A DNA stretch of 64,000 nucleotides. Origin: Octopus sinensis (taxonomy: Eukaryota). The stretch spans positions 207,018,001 to 207,082,000 of the forward strand of contig NC_042997.1 in NCBI RefSeq assembly GCF_006345805.1. The letters run 5' to 3'. Below the pieces are notes generated by a model that worked only from the letters and a program-made list of their open reading frames with translations, had not been told where the DNA came from and made no database searches. This document shows, one piece after another, positions 49,975 through 62,200 of this stretch (position 1 is its first letter; every line of letters starts with the position of its first letter). A program made the translations under genes and the position numbers.

Positions 49975-50898
49975 CTCTAACATACCCCCAGGCACACATC
50001 CAAAACAAACACACAAAGACACACATACTTGCACCATATATACGTACACACACAAATACATACTCAATACCAACACACACAAAACGCATAAACACACACA
50101 CGCCACACAGACAAACCCAACACACATGGACACACATACGAACAAACACATACACACACTAGCACACATGCAACACACTAACAAACATTAACCACACACA
50201 TACACACAAACACAGAGAAACCGGCACACATATACACACACATACCTACCAAATCCTAAAAACACACATCTATTTACACCACAATGGACCCTGGGACCAA
50301 TCAAAAACGGCCAACACACACATACACATGTGTGTATATATATATACACACACACTCACACCGTTTTTGACCCCTATACAGACACACATATATACACACG
50401 TGCGCACAAACAGCACCATGACAAATACCAATCATGCACATTCATACACACACACACACACAAACACATGTATATGTATATACACACACACACAAAGACA
50501 CACACACTCGCACCATATATACGCACACACACAAACACATACTCAATACCAACACACACACACACGCCACACAGATACACCCAACAGACATGGACACACA
50601 TACGAACAAACACATATACACTAACGCACACGCAACACACTAACAAACATTAACCACACACATACACACACACTCAAACCGGCACACATATACACATGCC
50701 ATCCTACCAAATTTTAAAAAAACACACATCTATTTACACCACAAGGGACCCTGGGACCAATCAAAAACAGCCCACACACACACACAAACACATGTATACA
50801 TATATATACACACACACAAAGACACACACACTCACATCATTCTGACCTCCATACGGACACACATATACACACGCAGCACCATGCCAAATGCCAATCAC

Positions 50899-50933
<35 letters not shown>

Positions 50934-52100
50934 ACACCAAAACAATCACACACACGGTTGACAAACAGGCACGCATATACACACACCATCCTACCAAATT
51001 TCTAAAAAACACACATCTATTTACACATCAATGGACCCTGGGACCAATCAAAAACGGCCCTCACACACAAACACATGTATACATATATATACACACACAC
51101 AGACACACACACTCACATCATTCTGACCTCCATACAGACACACATATATACACACGCAGCACCATGCCAAATGCCAATCACACACATACATACACCACAC
51201 ACACACACACAACACATGTATATGTATATACACACACACACAAAGACACACACACTCGCACCATATATACGCACACACAAACAAACACATACTCAATACC
51301 AACACACACCACACACGCCACACAGATACACCCAACAGACATGGACACACATACGAACAAACACATATACACTAACGCACACGCAACACACTAACAAACA
51401 TTAACCACACACATACACACACACTCAAACCGGCACACATATACACATGCCATCCTACCAAATTTTAAAAAAACACACATCTATTTACACCACAAGGGAC
51501 CCTGGGACCAATCAAAAACGCCAACACACACATACACATGTGTGTATATATATATACACACACACACAAAGACACACACACTCACATCATTCTGACCTCC
51601 ATACGGACACACACATATACACACGCAGCACCATGCCAAATGCCAATCACACACATACATACATACATACACACACCACACACAACACCAAAACAATCAC
51701 ACACACGGTTGACAAACAGGCACGCATATACACACACCATCCTACCAAATTTCTAAAAAACACACATCTATTTACACATCAATGGACCCTGGGACCAATC
51801 AAAAACGGCCCTCACACACAAACACATGTATACATATATATACACACACACAGACACACACACTCACATCATTCTGACCTCCATACAGACACACATATAT
51901 ACACACGCAGCACCATGCCAAATGCCAATCACACACATACATACACACACACACACAAACACAACACCAAGACAATCACACACACGGTTGAAAAACGGGC
52001 ACACATATACACACACACCATCCTACCAGATTTTACAAACACACAGACACATCTATTCACACCACATATGTATATACACACACACTCAAACCATTCTGAC
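49975..52100. repeat. Compound CA-rich tandem repeat with 751-bp higher-order period
   Basis: The core cctaccaaat..acacatctatttacac..ggaccctgggaccaatcaaaaac occurs at ~50245, 50703, 50990, 51454 and 51741, with a partial copy at ~52022. Both 50703->51454 and 50990->51741 are 751 bp. Confidence 0.9.
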
Positions 52101-52331
52101 CTCTAAAGACCAATCCCCCAAATCATTGATGCTTGAGGGAGAGACAAAAAGGAGAAATTATTTTCAGTTCCACATTACTCCTCCTTCCCCCCACCCAAAC
52201 ACACCTACAGTGTCCCTTGAAATAGATAATATTCTTTTACGTTAACATGGTGGACAGGTCAGTTTTAGCTTCCCTATTATTATGTCAACCTTTTTGAACT
52301 CATAATATTCTTTGCGTGTATATCAATGTTC

Positions 52332-52730
52332 CACTGAACTTTTTAATAATTCCATCTGGAAATTATCTTGAGAATGTATATATTTGTTGTAATCTTTTGT
52401 GCCCGATATCTCAATGAACTTGCGTGAACTTTTCTATGTTCTTAACATGCTCTTGTCACCAAAGAATGTATATATATGTATTGTAGTACTCTGTTTCAAC
52501 CAATATTCTGTGCGTGTTTGAATATACAGATACAATACCAATATCCCACTGAACTTTTTAATAATTCCTTCTGGAAACAATCTTTAACATGTTCTTGAGA
52601 ATGTATATTTATGTTGTAATCTTTTGTGCCCAATATTTTAAGGAACTTGTTAAACTTTTTTATGTCCTTAACATGTCCTTGTTACCAAACACTGTGTATA
52701 TGTAATGTAGCATTTTGTAACAACCAATAA
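52332..52730. repeat. Two diverged ~215-bp tandem copies
   Basis: ccactgaactttttaataattcc..gagaatgtatat..gttgtaatcttttgtgccc starts at ~52332 and again at ~52547. Confidence 0.8.
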
Positions 52731-52838
52731 TTAACGCAACCAAATTTGTACATGTTACTTTTGACAATCTTTTTCCAAAGAGTGAAACCGGTAAAATAAA
52801 TGAACATATTTTAAAATTGCATTTTCAAACCTTCTTCG

Positions 52839-52844
<6 letters not shown>

Positions 52845-52872
<28 letters not shown>

Positions 52873-53180
52873 ATATATATCTAAAGACGAGAATGTGTGT
52901 CCGTCTGTCTGTGTGAATCCTGAAAATTGAGAACTACACAACCAATTTCATTCAAATTTTACACATGCCTTACTTAGGGTCCATATAGTGTCATAGGCCA
53001 AAAAACTTTTTAACTTCTGGCTAGTGTGAGCCCAGAGCAATATCATATCATCTCCACTATTTCAGTATTACGTGTCAAAAGTGAAACAATAACATCGCTT
53101 TATTGTAACGTCACATTCTTTCTCTTTAATAGTTTACTTTAGTACTGAAACAATTAAAGTGAAACTCTAATCTCACATAT
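52845..53180 (+). mobile_element. Probable 5' end of a non-autonomous Helitron
   Basis: (TA)n-ctaaagacgagaatgtgtgtccgtctgtctgtgtg..gaactacacaaccaatttcattcaaatttt resembles, from recall, the 5' architecture of Lep1-type Helitrons. Not verified. Confidence 0.4.
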
Positions 53181-53258
53181 ATACAGGCATACATACATAT
53201 ATACATACATACATATATACATACATACATATATACATACATACATATATATAATATA

Positions 53259-56200
53259 CTAGCAGAGATACCCGGCATTGCTCGGTTACATTCAATTGAA
53301 GAATTAGACTTTTCTGTTATATATACATGGATACACACACACACACATATATGTATATTAATATAAATACATGAAAGTACATGAAGTTTGTTAAAAAAAG
53401 GGGGATCATGTATATACCTCCTGGCTGTTGAGATTATGACACCTCGTTGTAAACAATGTTCCTTGTTTTTCCTTGTGGAGCATATACAAAAAGGTTTCTT
53501 TTGGTTCCTACTCTTGAGCAGCCAACATACAGTTGCCCATGCGAGAAGCAGGGCTCTTCCAAGAGAAGACCAGCTACAGAGAGGGTTTGACCCTGAGATT
53601 TGTTAATGGACATGGCAAAGCTGACACGAAGGGGGAATTGCAGTCTTCCAAATGTAAATGGAATTTCTGCTCCTGATGGAGTAAGAGGAAATCTTGGAAT
53701 AAAGACGTCATCACTTTTTCCACATCCAGAAAGAATGATCACCTCGATAACATGTGACATCATTTTCTTTATCACCAGTCATGTTCCATTGCAAAGTATT
53801 GGTGGTTCCAGATTGCGGAGTAGCATTACAGGAGTTCCAACTTTAAGTGCTATGTGTGGAGGTAGTCGAGGAGGCTCCAGTGAATTGAGAAATTCAGGAG
53901 GATAGTTCACAACTTCATTTATATCTGGAATTGTATCAACAGACTTGTAAGTGTGTATAGTGCCGGGAAGAGAATGCATTAGCTGTTGATTAATTTTGTT
54001 AACAGCGACGTTTTTTGGAGCTAATATTGCTCTTTCACACAGCCAATTGTGATTTTGGTAGTTTTGTGTGAAGTTGGGAAAGACTTTGTTTTTGAGGTCA
54101 TCTACAGAATTAACAACAGAGGAAAATGACCACACTTCCATTTGTCCTGCAGCATCAAGAGGCATCTTGCCTTCACCAAGTCTCAAAATGTCCTGTGCAA
54201 ACTTTGTGGACATTTTGTCGCCGTGTAGCAGAGCTCTCATGTTAGTGGTGAGACTGAGGATTGTAACATGATGCCACAGGGTAGAGGACTTTAGGCATGC
54301 TTGGACTTCATCTGCTCTAGTGCCTTTCGGAATGACAGGAAGAGTTTGCCTGAAATCACCTGACAACAGAAGCGTTACACCTCCCATTGGAGCCTGACAG
54401 TCTTGGATGTCTTTAAGGGCTCTATCTAATGCTTCCAAAGCTCCCTTGTGAGCCATAGTGCACTCATCCCAGACAATTAGATGACACATTTTAAGTACTT
54501 GTCCCTGATCTGAGCTTTTGTTGATATTGCATGAAGACATTTCGGATGCTGCTAAATTGAGAGGGAGTTTGAAAGTTGAGTGTGCTGTCCTGCCACCAGG
54601 TTACAAAGTAGCTGCAATGCCAGAGGAGGCTACAGCTACTGCAATGTCCTGATGCTGCCTAACTTCTGCAAGGAGAAGCTTTGTAATAAATGTTTTTCCT
54701 GTCCTTCCAGGAGCATCGAGGAAGAAGATTCGTCTCTCGCGTTGACATACACTGTTAAGAATAGTTCTGTAGGCCTGCAGCTGGTCCGGAAGTAGTTTAG
54801 GCTCATTTTCAACAATGTACTTTGAAAGCGCTTGAGTGTCGTAGGTTGTTTCACGGATGACAGCAGTGGGAAGGCTATTTGACCCTGACCTGAATGCTTT
54901 TGGCAGGCCATACGTCGACAATTCATTTACACCCAGTTTAGCAATTCTGTCTTCAATGTCAATGAGTGTTTTGTTATAGATTTCATTGCTGATACCCTCC
55001 ATGTCAGGATAGAGCAGTTGAGCTTGGCGCTGAAAGTCTTCAACCGGGTTGTCTCTATATTTGAGCCATAGAGTAGCCGGATCCCACAGTTCGCATGCCT
55101 GTAGTAATACTGCATATAGTGCCCTGAGACTTTTAGGTGATTGTGATAAAGCAGCCTCTCCTAAAGTTGCATCCCATTGTGCACCATCTTCTAACAGACC
55201 TTGTCGATAGCAGGCTTCTCTGTATGTTGTGCAGACATGTCCATGAACGGTTTTTAGGACCTGGAAAGACGTTGGCCCTCTGACCTCATGCAGTAGTAGA
55301 CGAAGGTAGAAGCACTCTTGTTGAGTGGGATGCACTGTGTATACTCGCCCAAGGCAAGTGTAAAACTTAATGCCAGGGTATCCATGAACATTTTGACCTG
55401 CTTTCCGTGGGGCCCATTTTTTACATTCCAAGTGTAGCACGATGGAATCTGTGGATACAGCAAGGTTTGAGCGAATGGATCCACTTGACAAAGCTTGAAG
55501 AATGCAGTGAGTGTGCTATCCCTTGGTTCATCTGCCAACAGAGAAGCATTAGCAACGGTGAAGTACACTCTTTGACCATTTTCCAGGTGCACTGCAAGCT
55601 GTTGAATGGCGGGGTGTCGTTGATGAATTGGAAAGCCAAAGATGCGCCAGAAAGCCTCATTGCTACTTATGTACCGTCCCACCTGATAATGCGTCGCCTC
55701 ATCCTGGCAGTATTCTTGTTGAAGTCCAAACATTGCAGCGTCAGAACCCTTTTTTACATTTTTGAAAGCGTACTTGATGGATTTAACGGAGTTGCAAAAC
55801 TCAACGTTGATGTGGGCATTGAAAGTCATTGACAGGAGTGGGCAGTATGGAACAATCCATCTATTATCAATATCGTGCTGTCCGATAATTGTTGTGAAAC
55901 CTCCGTCTTCTAGTTTTCTGCGTTTGTATGATGGTTACCCATCAACACCTGTCTGAGTTTCTCTTAGGAACCTCCTTGGAAACCTTTTTGAACATATACT
56001 GTCCTTCAAGCATGGTGAGTTCTTGTTGAATCCACGCCCACATGGACCATGTACCATGTTTGCTTTAACTATTTCGTATAGTTCTTTGTCTAAGGCTGGA
56101 TCAGGAAGCTCTGCAGAGATTATCTTGTCGATGTCATTGGAATTGATCTTCACTGAGAGCCAAAGCAGGATATGAGCATGTGGAAGGCCCCTTTTTTGCC

Positions 56201-59200
56201 ACTCGACTGTGTACATGTCACATTGTATGGGCCCAAAGACTTGCCCTTATTGTATGAGCTCCATGAGAGAAATTAACTTCAGATGGAAAACTCAGGTGAG
56301 GAAGTCATGCTTGTCTTTAGGCTTTTGACCGAAGAAGAGTTCGGCCTGAATCTCCTTCCACTTGGGATTGCATGTGAAAGTTATGAATAGGTTGGGCCTG
56401 CCGTAATGGTGGACAAAGGTCATTGCATCCTGTGTTCTTTCATGCATATATCGGGGACTTCCAGTGAATGTAGAAGGCAAGATGCAAAGTCTTCCTATGT
56501 TTGTTGGAGCAGCATCATTGTTGATAGCATCTCGGAGATGGATGTAGCTGTCAGATCGCAATTTGTTTGATGTAACCTGATGAAACACAATCTCTCTGAT
56601 TCCATTTTTGCGCACATATCGACTGCAAATTGATGAAACAGCTCTCGAGACTGGTGGAGGTGATTACAGCAGTTGTTTCGGGTCATAAATCTGTATGAGT
56701 AGAAGTCTATGGAGGATACTGGCTTGTTGAGATGTTCATTAAGATTTTGAGGATGTTGCAGTAGTAGACCGATGTGGTAGCCATCCTCACCGTTAACAAA
56801 CAGAAGTGGGTATTGGAGTGAATCGTGTGTTTCACTAATTCATTGGAGGGTGGTGTCTCTGGGATTGTGCTGTTCACCGTGAAGGAGTACAGCTATTTCA
56901 TTGCATGTGGATGCATTGTAACGGCCTGCATGTTCCCTAGATGGTCTTTTCTGGGCATCAATGATAACATTAAAATTTGATGAATCTTCTGTTTCCAAGG
57001 TATACTTGAAGATGCGTACGTAGCTATTTTTCTGGTGCAAAAGGTCTTGCAGTTGCATTATCAAGTGAAAGTTAGTACCTGTGGAAATGGAATTTCGCCG
57101 GGTGGCTTACTCATGTAAATTACCTACAAAGTACAGTTGAAGGAATTGAGGATCTTGATTTTCAGCAGGTTCGAGTGATCCTATCCTATGGTAAACCTGT
57201 CCCTGCACTTTGAAAGTTGGCATAAACCCGCCTTCTTGAACAACATTAGCGCCGAAAGATGTCATTTAAAATGCACAATTGTACTTCCGGATGTTATTCA
57301 GGAAATGTTTCGACTCTGTAGTTGTGCCAGCGTAGAGTGACTTTCAGAGCTGTGGTGGATCCTGCAGTGGAGTGAGGTTAACATTCCCATTAGCGCAAAA
57401 CTTTGCAGGAGTTTCTCTTGACCACATCTTAGCATTGCCGAAATAGCAAGTGATGGAAATATCGCTAATGTTCATATCCGGGTGGCAATCATAATGAAAT
57501 TTAGGGTTATATTGGAAAAACTTTAATAACAATCGTGAGTTGCATGTCGTTCAGAATTCTCGTGGGAGAGAACTTTGTTGAGTTGAAGTCTGCAGCATAG
57601 TACATCTCTGTTGTAAGGTGTAAGAAGCTCACGCAGCAGCCATCTTAGTAGCATTCCCGAGCAGGCGTGAAGCGCATTCGTTTTTCTACTCAGCAGCTCG
57701 AGTAGCAGCAGTTCAGGCAGCATCATCAGTTCGTCGGGCTTGAAATTGGAGTTCACTATCTGCAGCTTGCTCGGCAGCAGTTCAGGCAGCATCAGCAGTT
57801 CACCGAACTTGAAACTGGAGTTCAGTTTCTGCAGCTGGCACAGCAGCAGTTGAGGCAGCATCAGCAGTTCATCGAACTTGAAACTGGAGTTCAGTTTCTG
57901 CCGCTCGCACAGCAGCAGTTGAGGCAGCATCAGCAGTTCGTCGACCTTGAAACTGGAGTTCAGTTTCTGCCGCTCGCACAGCAGCAGTTGAGGCAGCATC
58001 AGCAGTTCGTCGAACTTGAAACTGGAGTTCAGTTTCTGCAGCTGGCACAGCAGCAGTTGAGGCAGCATCAGCAGTTCATCGAACTTGAAACTGGAGTTCA
58101 GTTTCTGCAGCTGGGACAGCAGCAGTTGAGGCAGCATCAGCAGTTCATCGAACTTGAAACTGGAGTTCAGTTTCTGCAGCTGGCACAGCAGCAGTTGAGG
58201 CAGCATCAGCAGTTCGTCGAACTTGAAACTGGAGTTCAGTTTCTGCAGCTGGCACAGCGGCCGTTGAGGCAGCATCAGCATTTCGTCGAACTTGAAACTG
58301 GAGTTCAGTTTCTGCAGCTGGCACAGCAGCAGTTGAGGCAGCATCAGCAGTTCGTCGAACTTGAAACTGGAGTTCAGTTTCTGCAGCTGGGACAGCAGCA
58401 GTTGAGGCAGCATCAGCAGTTCGTCGAACTTGAAACTAGAGTTCAGTTTCTGCAGCTGGCACAGCAGCAGTTGAGGCAGCGTAAGCAGTTCATCGAACTT
58501 GAAACTGGAGTTAAGTTTCTGCAGCTGGCACAGCAGCAGTTGAGGCAGCATCAGCAGTTCGTCGAACTTGAAACTGAAGTTCAGTTTCTGCAGCTGGCAC
58601 AGCAGCAGTTGAGGCAGCATCAGCAGTTCGTCGAACTTGAAACTGGAGTTCAGTTTCTGCAGCTGGCACAGCAGCAGTTGAGGCAGCATCAGCAGTTCAT
58701 CGAACTTGAAACTGGAGTTCAGTTTCTGCAGCTGGCACAGCAGCAGTTGAGGCAGCATCAGCAGTTCGTCGAACTTAAAACTGGAGTTTAGTTTCTGCAG
58801 CTGGCACAACAGCAGTTGAAGCAGCATCAGCCGTTTGTCGAACTTGAAACTGGAGTTCAGTTTCTGCAGCTGGGACAGCAGCAGTTGAGGCAGCATCAGC
58901 AGTTCGTCGAACTTGAAACTGGAGTTCAGTTTCTGCAGCTGGCACAGCAGCAGTTGAGGCAGCATCAGCAGTACATCGAACTTGAAACTGGAGTTCAGTT
59001 TCTGCAGCTGGCACAGCAGCAGTTGAGGCAGCATCAGCAGTTCATCGAACTTGAAACTGGAGTTCAGTTTTGCAGCAGCTGCAGCAGCAGCAGCAGTTGA
59101 GGCAGCATCAGCAGTTCATCGAACTTGAAACTGGAGTTCAGTTTCTGCAGCTGGCACAGCAGCAGTTGAGTCAACATCAGCAGTTCATCGAACTTGAAAC

Positions 59201-62200
59201 TGGAGTTGAGTTTCTGCAGCTTGCACAGCAGCAGTTGAGGCAGCATCAGCAGTTCGTAGAACTTGAAACTGGAGTTCAGTTTCTGCAGCTGGCACAGCAG
59301 CAGTTGAGGCAGCATCAACAGTTCGTCGAACTTGAAACTGGAGTTCAGTTTCTGCAGCTGGCACAGCAGCAGCAGTGAGGCAGCATCAGCAGTTCATCGA
59401 ACTTGAAACTCGAGTTCAGTTTCTGCAGCTGGCACAGCAGCAGTTGAGGCAGCATCAGCAGTTCATCGAACTTGAAACTGGCGTTCAGTTTCTGCAGCTG
59501 GCACAGCAGCAGTTGAGGCAGCATCAGCAGTTCATCGAACTTGAAACTGGCGTTCAGTTTCTGCAGCTGGCACAGCAGCAGTTGAGGCAGCATAAGCAGT
59601 TCATCGAACTTGAAAATGGCGTTCAGTTTCTGCAGGTGGCACAGCAGCAGTTGAGGCAGCATCAACAGTTCGTCGAACTTGAAACTGGAGTTCAGTTTCT
59701 GCAGCTGGCACAGCAGCAGTTGAGGCAGCATCAGCATTTCGTCGAACTTGAAACTGGAGTTCAGTTTCTGCAGGTGGCACAGCAGCAGTTGAGGCAGCAT
59801 CAGCATTTCGTCGAACTTGAAACTGGAGTTCAGTTTCTGGAGCTGTTATAGCAGCAGTTGAAGCAGCATCAGCAGTTCATCGAACTTGAAACTGGAGTTC
59901 GGTTTCTGCAGCTGGCACAGCAGTATTTGAAGCAGCATCAGCAGTTCATCGAACTTGAAACTGGAGTTCAGTTTCTGCAGCTGGCACAGCAGCATTTGAG
60001 ACAGCATCAGGAGTTCATCGAACTTGAAACTGGAGTTCATTTCTGCAGCTCGAACAGCAGCAGTTGAACCAGCATCAACAGTTCATCGAACTTGAAACTG
60101 GAGTTCAATTTCTGCAGCTGGCACAGCAGCAGTTGAGGCAGCATCAGCAGTTCATCGAACTTGAAACTGGAGTTCATTTTCTGCAGCTCGAACAGCAGCA
60201 GTTGAGGCAGCATCAACAGTTCGTCGAACTTGAAACTGGAGTTCAGTTTCTGCAGCTGGCACAGCAGCAGTTGAGGCAGCATCAGCAGTTCCTCGAACTT
60301 GAAACTGGCGTTCAGTTTCTGCAACTGGCACAGCAGCAGTTGAGGCAGCATCAGCAGTTCATCGAACTTGAAACAGGCGTTCAGTTTCTGCAGCTGGCAC
60401 AGCAGCAGTTGAGGCAGCATCAGGAGTTCATCGAACTTGAAACTGGAGTTCAGTTTCTGCAGCTGTCACAGCAGCAGTTGAAGCAGCATCAGCAGTTCAT
60501 CGAACTTGAAACTGGAGTTCATTTTCTGCAGCTCGAACAGCAGCAGTTGAGGCAGCATCAGCAGTTCATCGAACTTGAACCTGGAGTTCAGATTCTGCAG
60601 CTGGCACAGCAGCAGTTGAGGCAGCATCAGCAGTTCATCGAACTTGAAACTGGAGTTCAGTTTCTGCAGCTGGCACAGCAGCAGTTGAGGCAGCATCAGC
60701 AGTTCACCGAACTTAAGACTGGAGTTTAGTTTCTGCAGCTGGCACAGCAGCAGTTGAGGCGGAGTCAGCAGTTCATCGAACTTGAAAGTGGAGTTCAGTT
60801 TCTGCAGCTGGCACAGCAGCAGTTGATGCAGCATCAGCAGTTCATCGTACTTAAGACTGGAGTTTAGTTTCTGCAGCTGGCACAGCAGCAGTTGAAGCAG
60901 CATCAGCAATTCATCGAACTTGAAACTGGAGTTCATTTCTGCAGCTCGAACAGCAGCAGTTGAGGCAGCATCAGCAGTTCATCGAACTTGAAAGTGGATT
61001 TCAGTTTCTGCAGCTGGCACAGCAGCAGTTGATGCAGCATCAGTAGTTCATCGAACTTGAAACTAGATTTCAGTTTCTGCAGCTTGAACAGCAGCAGTTG
61101 AGTCAGCATCAGCATTTCGTCCAACTTGAAACTGGAGTTCAGTTTCTGCGGCTGACACAGCAGCAGTTGAAGCAGCATCAGCAGTTCATCGAACTTGAAA
61201 CTGGAGTTCGGTTTCTGCAGCTGGCACAGCAGCATTTGAAGCAGCATCAGCAGTTCATCGAACTTGAAACTGGAGTTCAGTTTCTGCAGCTAGCACAGCA
61301 GCAGTTGAGGCAGCATAAGCAGTTCATCGAACTTGGAACTGGAGTTGAGTTTCTGCAGCTTGCAGAGCAGCAGTTGAGGCAGCATCAGCAGTTCATCGAA
61401 CTTGAAACTGGAGTTCAGTTTCTGCAGCTGGCACAGCAGCAGTTGAGTCAACATCAGCAGTTCATCGAACTTGAAACTGGAGTTGAGTTTCTGCAGCTTG
61501 CACAGCAGCAGTTGAGGCAGCATCAGCAGTTCGTAGAACTTGAAACTGGAGTTCAGTTTCTGCAGCTGGCACAGCAGCAGTTGAGGCAGCATCAGCAGTT
61601 CGTCGAACTTGAAACTGGAGTTCAGTTTCTGCAGCTGGCACAGCAGCAGTTGAGGCAGCATCAGCAGTTCATCGAACTTGAAACTGGAGTTCAGTTTCTG
61701 CAGCTGGCACAGCAGCAGTTGAGGCAGCATCAGCAGTTCATCGAACTTGAAACTGGCGTTCAGTTTCTGCAGCTGGCACAGCAGCAGTTGAGGCAGCATA
61801 AGCAGTTCATCGAACTTGAAAATGGCGTTCAGTTTCTGCAGCTGGCACAGCAGCAGTTGAGGCAGCATCAGCAGTTCATCGAACTTGAAACTGGCGTTCA
61901 GTTTCTGCAGCTGGCACAGCAGCAGTTGAGGCAGCATAAGCAGTTCATCGAACTTGAAAATGGCGTTCAGTTTCTGCAGGTGGCACAGCAGCAGTTGAGG
62001 CAGCATCAGCAGGTCATCGAACTTGAGACTGGAGTTCAGTTTCTGCAGGTGGCACAGCAGCAGTTGAGGCAGCATCAGCACTTCATCGAACTTGAAACTG
62101 GAGTTCAGTTTCTGCAGCTGGCACAGCAGCAGTTGAGGCAGCATCAGCAGTTCGTCGAACTTGAACCTGGAGTTCAGATTCTGCAGCTGGCACAGCAGCA

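Larger units (their letters stand above)
47340..52830 (+). mobile_element. Penelope-like element, near full length but frameshifted (RT plus GIY-YIG) with expanded CA-rich 3' region
   Basis: LSKGLKFTPTP, IKEADKGSTVVIM, LRPIVAG, VSFDVINLYTTIP, GTAMGTKVAPTYANL, WKRYLDDCF, LPFLDI and CEGCHEDYIGQTSLTLRERMIVHRQQ. A hammerhead relic lies at ~52760-52800. Confidence 0.88.

Noticed and set aside
49943-52245. His/Thr-rich and Val/Cys-rich ORFs
   Set aside because: They are translations of CA/TG-rich repeat DNA.
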